Assembly (NCBI GenBank): GCA_041641295.1 | Contig: JBEPYO010000001.1 | Location: 1,440,001 to 1,504,000 of the forward strand | Direction of reading: 5' to 3' | Length of the DNA: 64,000 nt | From: Nitrososphaerota archaeon | Lineage (GTDB): Archaea > Thermoproteota > Nitrososphaeria_A > Caldarchaeales > Calditenuaceae | Shown: piece by piece, positions 39,161 to 47,781 of the stretch | Layout of the letters: each line of letters starts with the position of its first letter | How positions within the stretch are numbered: the first letter of the stretch is position 1 | The notes under the pieces: model-generated | Seen by the model: only the letters and a program-made list of their open reading frames with translations | Told to the model about the DNA's origin: nothing | Database searches by the model: none | Position numbers and translations under genes: made by a program

Positions 39161-40452
39161 AGCCTCGCAGCCTCCTCTAATGCCCTAAGGTGTAGGGGCA
39201 GCCTCTCAGCCGAAATTAGATCCCGCATCTCTCGATAAGCGCGTCTAATGTCTGTTTTCGAAGATCTGACTGTGGGGAGCAGCTTCACATAGTCTAGAAC
39301 AGTTAACCCTCCTCTTATGGATGCCCATCCATCCGTCGGCAAGACATGGCTGGGCCCAGCATAGTAGTCTAGAAAGACTCCTGAGGAATGTCGGCCATAG
39401 CTCACGACTCCGGCACTCCTTACATCCCTAAGCCTCTTTCTCCCTATATCGGCGTAGATTAGCAGGTGCTCTGGTGCAAAAGCCTCTATGAAGCGGGTTG
39501 CAGCATCCCAGCTGTCGGCAGTGCATACAAATCCGCGGGTACTCAGGGACTTTGAGGCGGGCGATTCTGGGGGCAGCTCCTTCAACAGGTCTGAGAGGCT
39601 CTCGATGATCTTGGACTCCGATTCGGGGTCAAGCGCCAGAGCCCCAACCAATGTGTCTGGACTGTGCTCGGCCTGCGCAGCCATCTCTAGTGCGACCTGT
39701 CTGAAGGGTGTAGTCGAGTCAACTACAACGAGCAGCTCTGTAGGCCCCGCTGCGAAGTCTACTGCAACATCCCTCGAGACAAATCTCTTAGCCTCGAGGA
39801 CATACATGTTCCCCGGCCCCACTATCTTCTTCACACTCCTGACCGTCGCCGTGCCATATGCAAGGGCCGCTATGGCTTGAGCGCCACCAGACCATAGTAC
39901 CTCGCTGAAGCCGGCTATGTACGATGCGGCTAGGACAATTCTCCTATCCTCCTCGCTTTTACGAGGTGGCGTGGCTAGGACGAGTCTTTTGACACCCGCA
40001 ACTGTTCCCGGGACACCCATCATCAAGACGGTGGACGGATAGGATGCAGACCCCCCGGGTGCGTAGCATCCCACAGACTCGAGGGGGACTGGTCTAATCT
40101 CAACCCTAGTACCGCCAATAGTAATGTTTAGGGTCAGCCGCTTGTAGAGCCTCCTCTCGAGGGCCGATAATCTCTTTCTAAGACGCTTCATGGCTGAGAC
40201 TATTTTAGAGGGGGCTGCCTCGTATGCCTCCCTCGCCTCCTCCCTAGATGATACGAGTTCCTCTCTGTTTAGATGGATACCGTCAAACTGCTCCGACATC
40301 CTGATCAAGGCCTCGTCACCCTCCCTCCGTACCGCCCAGACGATCTCTTTAACAGCCTCTATAACCTCGGGTGGTGGGCTGGCCTGCGCTCGGATAAGAC
40401 GGGCTGCTTCAGCCGCGTTCTCTCTCGATATCCTTACCACTCTCACGTCCAA
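39157..40452 (-). CDS. hisD: Histidinol dehydrogenase
   Basis: PGG.A.YPSTVLM, GGAQAIAALAYGT, GPGN, AGPTE, QAEH, APEHL, HVLPT. Confidence 0.95.
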   Translation of the reverse strand: MDVRVVRISRENAAEAARLIRAQASPPPEVIEAVKEIVWAVRREGDEALIRMSEQFDGIHLNREELVSSREEAREAYEAAPSKIVSAMKRLRKRLSALERRLYKRLTLNITIGGTRVEIRPVPLESVGCYAPGGSASYPSTVLMMGVPGTVAGVKRLVLATPPRKSEEDRRIVLAASYIAGFSEVLWSGGAQAIAALAYGTATVRSVKKIVGPGNMYVLEAKRFVSRDVAVDFAAGPTELLVVVDSTTPFRQVALEMAAQAEHSPDTLVGALALDPESESKIIESLSDLLKELPPESPASKSLSTRGFVCTADSWDAATRFIEAFAPEHLLIYADIGRKRLRDVRSAGVVSYGRHSSGVFLDYYAGPSHVLPTDGWASIRGGLTVLDYVKLLPTVRSSKTDIRRAYREMRDLISAERLPLHLRALEEAARL

Positions 40453-41404
40453 TCTCCTCTAGAGGGAGTATGAGTTCAGGCTTGTGGGCTACTAGGCCCT
40501 GAGCCAGCCTCCTAAGCTTGGGGAGTATCTTGTGGAGTTCCGACTTATCAATGACGGTGTTCACGGCATACCAGCCCTCCATGGACAGCTTGTTGATGGT
40601 GGGGGACTTTAGAGCAGGGAGGGTCGAGAGCAGTTCCTCGAGGTTCTCCTCCCTGACGTTTAGGAAGATATGAAGCTTCTTCTCCGACTCTAATACGCCA
40701 GTGAACATGGTTAAGATGTCGTAGATCTTTTCACGCTTCCACCCATCCTCAAGCGACTTCTTATTAGCTATCAGCAGGGCGGAACTCTCCATCAGCTCCT
40801 CCACCACAGCCAAGTTATTCTGCTCGAGTGTCCGGCCAGTCTCTGTGTTGTCGACGACAGCATCCGCAGCGAGGGGAGGCTTAGCCTCCGTAGCTCCAAA
40901 GGACAGGAGTATTGAGACTTGGGGATTGTCGCCATACCGATACCAGGGTGTGATTATCATGGGCCTCTTGGACCCAAACCTTGAGGCGTAGGCCTCAGTC
41001 GCAACTACTCTATTCATCGTTATGTTGAGGTATTCGGTTGCTATTCTCACGGGCCGGCCGTTGGAGAGGTTCTCCTCCAAGAAATGGTCTAGGCTCTCGT
41101 ATCTACTGCTAGCCGGAGCCGCGAAGACGAGCTTAACCCTCCCAAACTCGAGATCCCGAAGTATCTTAACATCCGCCCCCGTCTCCTCAACCCAATCACG
41201 ACCCGTGATACCCACGTCGAAAAGACCCTCCGCAATATAGACAGGTATCTCCTGCGGCCTAAGAATTCGCAGCTCGATCTCCCTATCACTGATTAGCGGG
41301 CTGTAGCTCCTCTCATAGCCCTCCACTCTATAGAAGGCCTTCTCTAGCAGCTCGATAGCCCCCTTCTCTAAGGACCCCTTAGGGATTACCATTCTTAAAC
41401 GCAT
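40409..41404 (-). CDS. hisG: ATP phosphoribosyltransferase, long form
   Basis: PKGSL, RPQEIP, GITGRD, IATEY, GATEAK, TGRTL..N.L, C-terminal regulatory domain PALKSPTI. Confidence 0.93.
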   Translation of the reverse strand: MRLRMVIPKGSLEKGAIELLEKAFYRVEGYERSYSPLISDREIELRILRPQEIPVYIAEGLFDVGITGRDWVEETGADVKILRDLEFGRVKLVFAAPASSRYESLDHFLEENLSNGRPVRIATEYLNITMNRVVATEAYASRFGSKRPMIITPWYRYGDNPQVSILLSFGATEAKPPLAADAVVDNTETGRTLEQNNLAVVEELMESSALLIANKKSLEDGWKREKIYDILTMFTGVLESEKKLHIFLNVREENLEELLSTLPALKSPTINKLSMEGWYAVNTVIDKSELHKILPKLRRLAQGLVAHKPELILPLEEIGRESGKDIERERG

Positions 41405-41497
41405 GACCTGTCTGGGCTCACTACCTCTGCCTCAGCTAATAAAACTATGGCCTCTAACACGGGCTTTGGCGGTGAACTGGCGTCCTGTTAGTCGGTT

Positions 41498-41641
41498 CTA
41501 CTCGCTCCAGAGCTCCCTCTTGAGTAGGTCTCTCACCGCTGCCCTCAGAATGGCTGAGCGGCTGGGATAGATCTTCTTCTTTACAAGCTCGTCCATACCC
41601 TCTATCAAAGCCTCTGGAAGCTTAACACTTATCAGCTTCAT
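41498..41641 (-). CDS. Small ribbon-helix-helix regulator, CdrS-like (47 aa)
   Basis: Not in ORF track (<60 aa). MKLISVKLPEALIEGMDELVKKKIYPSRSAILRAAVRDLLKRELWSE*. Confidence 0.88.
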   Translation of the reverse strand: MKLISVKLPEALIEGMDELVKKKIYPSRSAILRAAVRDLLKRELWSE

Positions 41642-41674
41642 CGCGGTAGGTGAGAAGTTATCCGCTGGTAGATA

Positions 41675-41799
41675 AACTCAATACCCTAAACCATTGAACA
41701 TAATACTCAAAAAATTTTATGGGAATATATCTGAGGCGTTTATGGCGCCGCCTTGTCCACGGAAAGGGTATATAAGTAGGACACATACAACTCAATACC
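41675..41799. promoter_or_regulatory. Repeated YAATACY motifs in RHH/thermosome divergent promoter
   Basis: AACTCAATACC at 41675-41685 and 41789-41799, TAATACT at 41701-41707; thermosome TATA (TATATAAG) near 41769. Confidence 0.45.
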
Positions 41800-41810
41800 G
41801 GTGATTAATT

Positions 41811-43478
41811 ATGGCGACAGCTCCAGGTAGCGTGGGTACTGTCCCAATATTAATTCTGAAGGAAGGCACCCAGAGGACGAGGGGCAGAGAAGCCCAGTCT
41901 GCCGCCATCATGGTGGCTAAGGTTATCGCGGAGACGATGAGGACCTCCCTCGGACCACGCGGAATGGACAAGATGCTTGTAGACAGCTTCGGCGACATCG
42001 TGATTACCAATGACGGAGCCACGATCCTCAAGGAGATGGATGTTGAGCACCCAGTTGCTAAGATGCTTGTAGAGGTTGCGAAGGCTCAGGACGAGGAGGT
42101 GGGGGATGGGACAACGACCGCCGTAGTCCTGGCGGGCGAGCTTCTCGCCAGGGCGGAGGAACTCATAGAGAAGGAGGTTCACCCCTCAATAATTATAGAC
42201 GGGTTCAGGAAGGCGGCGAAGGAGGCAATCAATATACTAGACAGTATAGCAGTTCCTGTAGATCCGAAGAATAAGCAGGAGCTGGCTAAGATTGCTAAAA
42301 GCGCCCTCGTCAGCAAGCTCGTCTCTGAGTACGCCGACTTCATAGCAGGCTTGGCGGTGGACGCGGTCCTCAGGGTTGCGGAGCAGGTCAACGGGCAGTG
42401 GAGGGTAGACCTCGACGATATTAAGCTGGAGAAGAAGGAGTATGGGTCAATCATGGATACGAGGCTGGTCGAAGGCGTGGTCCTCGACAAGGAGATTGTA
42501 CACCCTGACATGCCTAAGCTCGTTAGAAACCCGAAGATAGCTCTGCTCGACGCCAGCCTCGAGATAGAGAAGACGGAGTTTGACGCTAAGCTGAATATTG
42601 AGAGCCCGGAGCAGATGAGGGCCTTCATGGAGGAGGAAGAGAGGATGCTGAGGGATATGGTCGAGAAGATTGCCGCCACAGGCGCAAACGTAGTCCTCTG
42701 CCAGAAGGGTATAGATGACCTCGCCCAGCACTTCCTCGCTAGGAAGGGTATCGTCGCGGTGAGGAGGATTAAGAAGAGCGACATGGACAAGCTCGCCAAG
42801 GCTACAGGTGGCAGAATCGTGTCGAGGGTGGATGACCTAACGCCAGCAGACCTAGGCACCGCGGAGCTGCTGGAGGAGAGGCGGGTTGGCGAGGATAAGA
42901 TGGTGTTTATTGAAGGCTGCAAGAACCCCAAGTCGGTAACAATACTCATCCACGGAGGAACACAGAGGATAGTTGACGAGACTGAGAGGTCCTTCAAAGA
43001 CGCCATAAACGTTGTCAAGGACATTCTCTTGGAGCCGAAGATAGTTGCTGGAGGCGGTGCGCCGGAGATAGAGGTCGCATCAAGGCTAAGGGACTTCGCT
43101 AAGACACTGCCGGGTAAGGAGCAGCTAGCCGTTGAGAAGTTCGCCGACGCCATCGAGAGGGTGCCGATGCAGCTGGCGGAGAACGCCGGCCTCGACCCCA
43201 TCGAGAGCATAGTCGCCCTAAGGTCAAGCCACAAGGAGGGTAAGAAGTGGGAGGGAGTCAACGTCCTCGAGAACAAGCTAGGCGACATGTGGGCTGCAGG
43301 AGTCCTTGAGCCCGTAGTAGTGAAGAAGCAGGTAGTCAAGTCAGCCGTCGAGGCGGCCTGCATGATACTTAAGATCGACGACATCATAGCAGCCTCCAAG
43401 CTCTCCGAGACAGGATCGAAGAAGGAGAAGAAGGAGGAAGAGGAGGGGGAGTCAAGCACCTCCTCTAGCTTCGACTAG
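41811..43478 (+). CDS. ths: Canonical thermosome subunit (group II chaperonin)
   Basis: [45 protein letters not shown]; acidic tail. Confidence 0.98.
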   Translation: MATAPGSVGTVPILILKEGTQRTRGREAQSAAIMVAKVIAETMRTSLGPRGMDKMLVDSFGDIVITNDGATILKEMDVEHPVAKMLVEVAKAQDEEVGDGTTTAVVLAGELLARAEELIEKEVHPSIIIDGFRKAAKEAINILDSIAVPVDPKNKQELAKIAKSALVSKLVSEYADFIAGLAVDAVLRVAEQVNGQWRVDLDDIKLEKKEYGSIMDTRLVEGVVLDKEIVHPDMPKLVRNPKIALLDASLEIEKTEFDAKLNIESPEQMRAFMEEEERMLRDMVEKIAATGANVVLCQKGIDDLAQHFLARKGIVAVRRIKKSDMDKLAKATGGRIVSRVDDLTPADLGTAELLEERRVGEDKMVFIEGCKNPKSVTILIHGGTQRIVDETERSFKDAINVVKDILLEPKIVAGGGAPEIEVASRLRDFAKTLPGKEQLAVEKFADAIERVPMQLAENAGLDPIESIVALRSSHKEGKKWEGVNVLENKLGDMWAAGVLEPVVVKKQVVKSAVEAACMILKIDDIIAASKLSETGSKKEKKEEEEGESSTSSSFD

Positions 43479-43479
43479 A

Positions 43480-43731
43480 GTGCTCATGACTCTTCAGAAG
43501 CGGCTAACAAAGTACGAGATCACCAAGATTATTGGTGGCAGGGCCCTCCAGCTCTCCCTAGGCGCCTTCCCACTGGTCGAGCCTCAACCCAACGATACAG
43601 CCTTCACCATAGCACGCCGCGAACTAGCCCTAGGAGTCCTACCGATCATAGTTAGGCGTCACCTACCAGACGGCACTTATATTGACATACCGCTAAAAGA
43701 GGCCCTCGAGGAAGAGAAGATCACGATATAA
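43480..43731 (+). CDS. rpoK: RNA polymerase subunit Rpo6/K
   Basis: LTKYE...IIGGRALQLSLGA, IARREL..GVLPI.VRR.LPDG. Confidence 0.95.
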   Translation: MLMTLQKRLTKYEITKIIGGRALQLSLGAFPLVEPQPNDTAFTIARRELALGVLPIIVRRHLPDGTYIDIPLKEALEEEKITI

Positions 43732-43732
43732 A

Positions 43733-43762
43733 GAGGAGGCACCCTCCTCATACACAATTTTT
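43733..43762 (+). terminator. Hairpin plus T-tract after rpoK
   Basis: GAGGAGG-cac-CCTCCTC perfect 7-bp stem immediately after the stop, followed by aattttt. Confidence 0.45.
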
Positions 43763-43833
43763 ACTCTGGAATTCCTCAAAAATTTCTAGGGTAGTCATTT
43801 TATAACCATCACCTATGGCCAATCAATGCTTGG

Positions 43834-44943
43834 ATGTTTAGGGTCGGCGCTATCGACTTAGGGTCAGGGCCTGCCACCTTTAGCCGCACAGCATATTTAG
43901 AGGTCTCCTCCACCCTGCCGGCCATCGTCGACTCCTTCATAGGGTATTTCGGCTCCTCAGAGTTTCTTGAACTTTTATCCAACCCTTGGACATTCAGGCT
44001 TCTCTGCCGCTCAGTAAACCTCAACAACGACGACGCAGGGAGCATAGCTTTGATGGTCTCGGCTCTGATGAATAACGCTAAAAGGGATTGGGAGATAAGC
44101 GTGGCTGGCGGCCTGTACGCGAAGAGGTTCACGGTCCCCGAGACTGTTGAGAAGGTTGCCTCTGAGATGGGTCTCTCTGAGAAGCAGGTAGACTGGCTGA
44201 AGTACTCGAGCAGGATGACGGCGAAGGTGGATGACGTTGCCGTCCAGGACGGATTCCGCCTCTGGCTCCACGTTATAGTCTTCAACACTCAGGCGGAGTG
44301 GGCTGTCATACAGGTGGCCTCTAAGGCAGGCCTCAACAGGCTGTACCAGTGGCACTCTGGGCGCATCTCCTACTCTCGATTCACGGTCGAGCCACATACA
44401 GGAGTTTCTTCTGCGATGAGGAGTTTCTACTCGCTTGACTTCACGCTGAAAAAGAACCTCGAGCTCCAGAAGGGATGTCTCGAGATACTCAGCTACCCGG
44501 TCTCCCGCCTCAGGTCGGTCAAGATAGGCCTCAGCGGTAATCAGACAAGGCTAAGCGACTTCACCCAGGAGGGCGTTGCGGGAGATGTAAACCCCCTCAC
44601 GGCCCCGGTTAGGGTAAACTGGACGGCCATAGCAAATATCGCGGGCTCTCCGCCGCGCAGTTTCGAGGACCTCCTAGCTGTGAGAGGTATTGGAGCGGAG
44701 ACATTGAGATTCCTAGCAATCTGCTGCCATAGGATGCTAGGTATAACACCCTACCTTGAGGACATCGCGATCCTGTTCAGCGAATTGCAGGAGAAGGGGC
44801 CGCCGGGCGGGAGGACCTACCAGATCATGTGGGACCTCATCGAGGCTGTTAGGTATTCGCTCTTATCCAGCGATAAGAGCAGGTCCATCGCCACGAGGCT
44901 TGAACTGATCGTAGAAGGAAAAAGCGATAATAATGGGGGCTAG
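43834..44943 (+). CDS. Divergent DUF763-family protein
   Basis: FLELLSNPWTF, SSRMTAKVD..AVQDGF.L..H......WAVIQ, Y.W.S, EPHTG, HhH-like LLAVRGIGAETLR.LA. Confidence 0.7.
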   Translation: MFRVGAIDLGSGPATFSRTAYLEVSSTLPAIVDSFIGYFGSSEFLELLSNPWTFRLLCRSVNLNNDDAGSIALMVSALMNNAKRDWEISVAGGLYAKRFTVPETVEKVASEMGLSEKQVDWLKYSSRMTAKVDDVAVQDGFRLWLHVIVFNTQAEWAVIQVASKAGLNRLYQWHSGRISYSRFTVEPHTGVSSAMRSFYSLDFTLKKNLELQKGCLEILSYPVSRLRSVKIGLSGNQTRLSDFTQEGVAGDVNPLTAPVRVNWTAIANIAGSPPRSFEDLLAVRGIGAETLRFLAICCHRMLGITPYLEDIAILFSELQEKGPPGGRTYQIMWDLIEAVRYSLLSSDKSRSIATRLELIVEGKSDNNGG

Positions 44944-45251
44944 AGCATCCCCAGCATCTCTTTTGCCTCATCAGTCATCCTTTCTGGCGTCCAGGGCGGG
45001 TCGAATACGAGGTCAACATCGACACGTGTCACGCTTGGGCACATGGTCTTAACAGCCTCCTTAACCTGCTCCACGATGAAGAAGCCGACGGGGCAGCCGG
45101 GTGCTGTGAGTGTCATCTTGATGTAGACAGAGTTGTCATCCCTGATCTGGAGGTCGTATATTAGCCCGAGGTCCACTATATTCACAGGTATCTCGGGGTC
45201 GTAGCACATTCTCAGGGCCTGGAGTATCTTCTCCTCACTAGGCTTCTCCAA
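44940..45251 (-). CDS. DUF59/SufT-like Fe-S cluster assembly protein
   Basis: DPEIPVNIVDLGLIY, MTLTAPGCP, VFDPPWTPERM. Confidence 0.92.
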   Translation of the reverse strand: MEKPSEEKILQALRMCYDPEIPVNIVDLGLIYDLQIRDDNSVYIKMTLTAPGCPVGFFIVEQVKEAVKTMCPSVTRVDVDLVFDPPWTPERMTDEAKEMLGML

Positions 45252-45325
45252 GGCTTACACCGTCTTATCTTGCGGCTCGGTGACTTTTAAATCTCCCCTC
45301 ACAACAAGGCTGTTGAGTAGGTGGA

Positions 45326-46495
45326 ATGATCCTAGACCACCTCAGGATAGCCGCCCTTTATTCTTTGGCAGTCCTTATGTTTTTGACACAGCTGGCGTGG
45401 ATATGGATTATTCACAAACGGACAGTCTCGCTCCACAGGCTTGAGAAGCTGGAGAAGTCTTGTCGGGAGACCGGTCTACGCATCTCAGCCATCATTCCGG
45501 GGCGGAACGTGGCAGGGTGGGTTGAGAGGTGCCTGTCCACCCTCCTATCGCAGAGAGGGGTGAGGGTAGAGGTCATTTTCGTCGATGATGAGTCGGAGGA
45601 TGATACGGGTGTTCTGGTACTCGAGAGATTCTTGAAGAGAGGTGTTAGGTATGTGAGGGTTGGGGGCCCTCCGTCGGGTTGGCTGGGGAAGAACTGGGCG
45701 TGTTGGAGGGGGTTCCAGCACGCTTCGGGTGAGTGGCTCCTATTCTTGGATGCCGACACGGAGTTCTTCGATGAATGTGTTCTGGCCGATGCCGTTAGGA
45801 GGTGCGGGGAAGGGTTGGACGCCCTCTCCCTTATCCCCCGCCTTGACCCGGCTGCCCCCTCATCCAAGATAATGCTGCCCCTTCTACAGAACATCCTACT
45901 GTCCCTCTTCTCGCCCGCCCGCAGCAACGACCCCCAAGACCCCAGAGCAATCCTCTTCGGAGCCTTCATACTCGTACGCAGAGAAGTCTACCTCGAGATT
46001 GGCGGACACCAAGCAGTCCGGGATCGCATACTGGAGGACAGGGCCTTGGCAAGCCTCCTCAAGGGCAGAGGATATAGGATCAGACTGCTGGATGGTACTG
46101 AGAGGTTTGGAGCAGAGTACGCTGGGAGCCTAGGCGGCTACATGGCCGCCATCAAACGGCTTATCGCAGACTACTCAGTCACACACAGTCTAGCTAAAAT
46201 GAAATACTATATTGCAGGAGCCGCCATACTCTTTCTTCTACCCCAAGTTGTCTTAGTTGCCGCCAGCCTATACGGCAATGCTCCATTAGCAGTCTTAGCC
46301 GCAGCGTCTGTAGCAACTAATATGGCTGCCAACTACTTGGAGCTTAGGAGGGTGCGCGTAAAATACGCCCCCCTCTATGCGCCTCTCACCGTTTTGGCCA
46401 ACTGGGTCTTGGTTACAGCCCTAATCGAGGCCTACCTCTCATTCAGGTCTGGGCGTTTGGGGCTGACTTGGCGTGGGAGGAGGATCGAGGCTTAA
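45326..46495 (+). CDS. Membrane glycosyltransferase family 2 (HpnB/CrtQ-like)
   Basis: IIPGRN, VDDESED, GWLGKNWAC, LFLDAD, ILEDRALA, WRGR; N- and C-terminal TM helices. Confidence 0.85.
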   Translation: MILDHLRIAALYSLAVLMFLTQLAWIWIIHKRTVSLHRLEKLEKSCRETGLRISAIIPGRNVAGWVERCLSTLLSQRGVRVEVIFVDDESEDDTGVLVLERFLKRGVRYVRVGGPPSGWLGKNWACWRGFQHASGEWLLFLDADTEFFDECVLADAVRRCGEGLDALSLIPRLDPAAPSSKIMLPLLQNILLSLFSPARSNDPQDPRAILFGAFILVRREVYLEIGGHQAVRDRILEDRALASLLKGRGYRIRLLDGTERFGAEYAGSLGGYMAAIKRLIADYSVTHSLAKMKYYIAGAAILFLLPQVVLVAASLYGNAPLAVLAAASVATNMAANYLELRRVRVKYAPLYAPLTVLANWVLVTALIEAYLSFRSGRLGLTWRGRRIEA

Positions 46496-46498
46496 AGT

Positions 46499-47647
46499 CT
46501 ATTTAGCGAGATATACTATGCTCTCCCGGGCTGCACCTATTCTGTGAACCCTACCACTGGTTGCAACCCTCTTACCGACTACGCGTATCTTCTCGACCCT
46601 AAACCCCACCCTCTCAGCCAGATCTGCTAAAATGTAGTCAGACTCCACCACCCTGTCAGGATACACGCCACCCGCAACCACGACAGCAGCCTTCCCACCA
46701 CTCTTCAACACCCTCCACATCTCCCCCAGAGAATCAAACATATCCGAGAAGTATAGCTTGGCGGAGTCGGGCAGGTCCTCGAGCCCGGGTATAGTCCTCG
46801 GCACCTCTCTACCCACAAGACCGATATACGACCTCACTAGGTCATGCACTCTCTTCCCGAAGAATACCTCCAGCTCAACCTCATACACCTTAGTGTATTC
46901 TATCTTGTTGAGGTATGGTGGTGAGGTTATAATGGCGTCCACAGACTCGTCCTCTATTTCTTCGAGCCTCCTAGCGTCGCCTTGCAGTATTATGGCCGGC
47001 CCACTCTTGAACCTCACCCTCTTCACATCCTCAATCATCGACTGGGCAACCTTCCGAAATACGGGCCTGAGCGGCGGGGCAGGCCGCTTAACAAACCTCA
47101 AGACCGACCCATCCCTATAGATGTAGGAGGCCTTTACCGCCGCATTCATTAAAGCGAGCATTAGAAAGACTTTCGCGTCCCCCGAGCAGACCTCCTCTAT
47201 CACCTCCTTCAGGCTGAAGAGTTCCTCAAGCGTTCTCTTAGGGAACGCCTTCCTGACTGTGGGGCTCAGGCCATCTGGGAGGGGTGATTGGCGGGGAGCT
47301 GCTGAGAGGCATCTGTCGAGCGCGTCCCTCAACTCTACTGGGTCGTAGATCCGCGTCTTCGCTAGGGAGACGAAGACGGCCAGCGGTGAGGCATCAACAC
47401 CTACTCCCATAAAACCCTTCTCCATGCATGTTAGAGGCGTGGTCCCAGAACCAGTGAACGGGTCAAGGACAACAGCACCCTCCGGAACCCCCATCTCCTC
47501 TAGCAGCATCAGTACTAGGTCGCGGGAGAACCCCTCCTTGAAATAGAACCACCTGTGAATGGGTATATTCTTATTCGGCTTAAAAGTTGCTAGGCTCCAG
47601 AGATCGTATCTCTCCTCGACGGTATAGCTGCCCTCAAACACTCCCAA
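46499..47647 (-). CDS. Amino (N4-C/N6-A) DNA methyltransferase, alpha motif order, orphan
   Basis: PIHRWFYFKEGFS, motif I DPFTGSGTT, later motif IV TSPPY. Confidence 0.8.
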   Translation of the reverse strand: MGVFEGSYTVEERYDLWSLATFKPNKNIPIHRWFYFKEGFSRDLVLMLLEEMGVPEGAVVLDPFTGSGTTPLTCMEKGFMGVGVDASPLAVFVSLAKTRIYDPVELRDALDRCLSAAPRQSPLPDGLSPTVRKAFPKRTLEELFSLKEVIEEVCSGDAKVFLMLALMNAAVKASYIYRDGSVLRFVKRPAPPLRPVFRKVAQSMIEDVKRVRFKSGPAIILQGDARRLEEIEDESVDAIITSPPYLNKIEYTKVYEVELEVFFGKRVHDLVRSYIGLVGREVPRTIPGLEDLPDSAKLYFSDMFDSLGEMWRVLKSGGKAAVVVAGGVYPDRVVESDYILADLAERVGFRVEKIRVVGKRVATSGRVHRIGAARESIVYLAK

Positions 47648-47781
47648 CCAACATCCCGATAACCAGTCTAATAAACGCTTGGGCCCAGCTCCTGTCTCCT
47701 CAACCCCTCAACCCGTTCTGCATATGCGTTATGCGGCTGGATACTTAAATAATGGCAGACCAAATATTGAATACGATTTAG

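Noticed and set aside
42179-43459. 426-aa antisense ORF over the thermosome gene
   Set aside because: Ser/Leu-rich shadow frame caused by codon bias of a highly expressed gene; no recognisable motifs. The same applies to the many shorter overlapping ORFs in the track.
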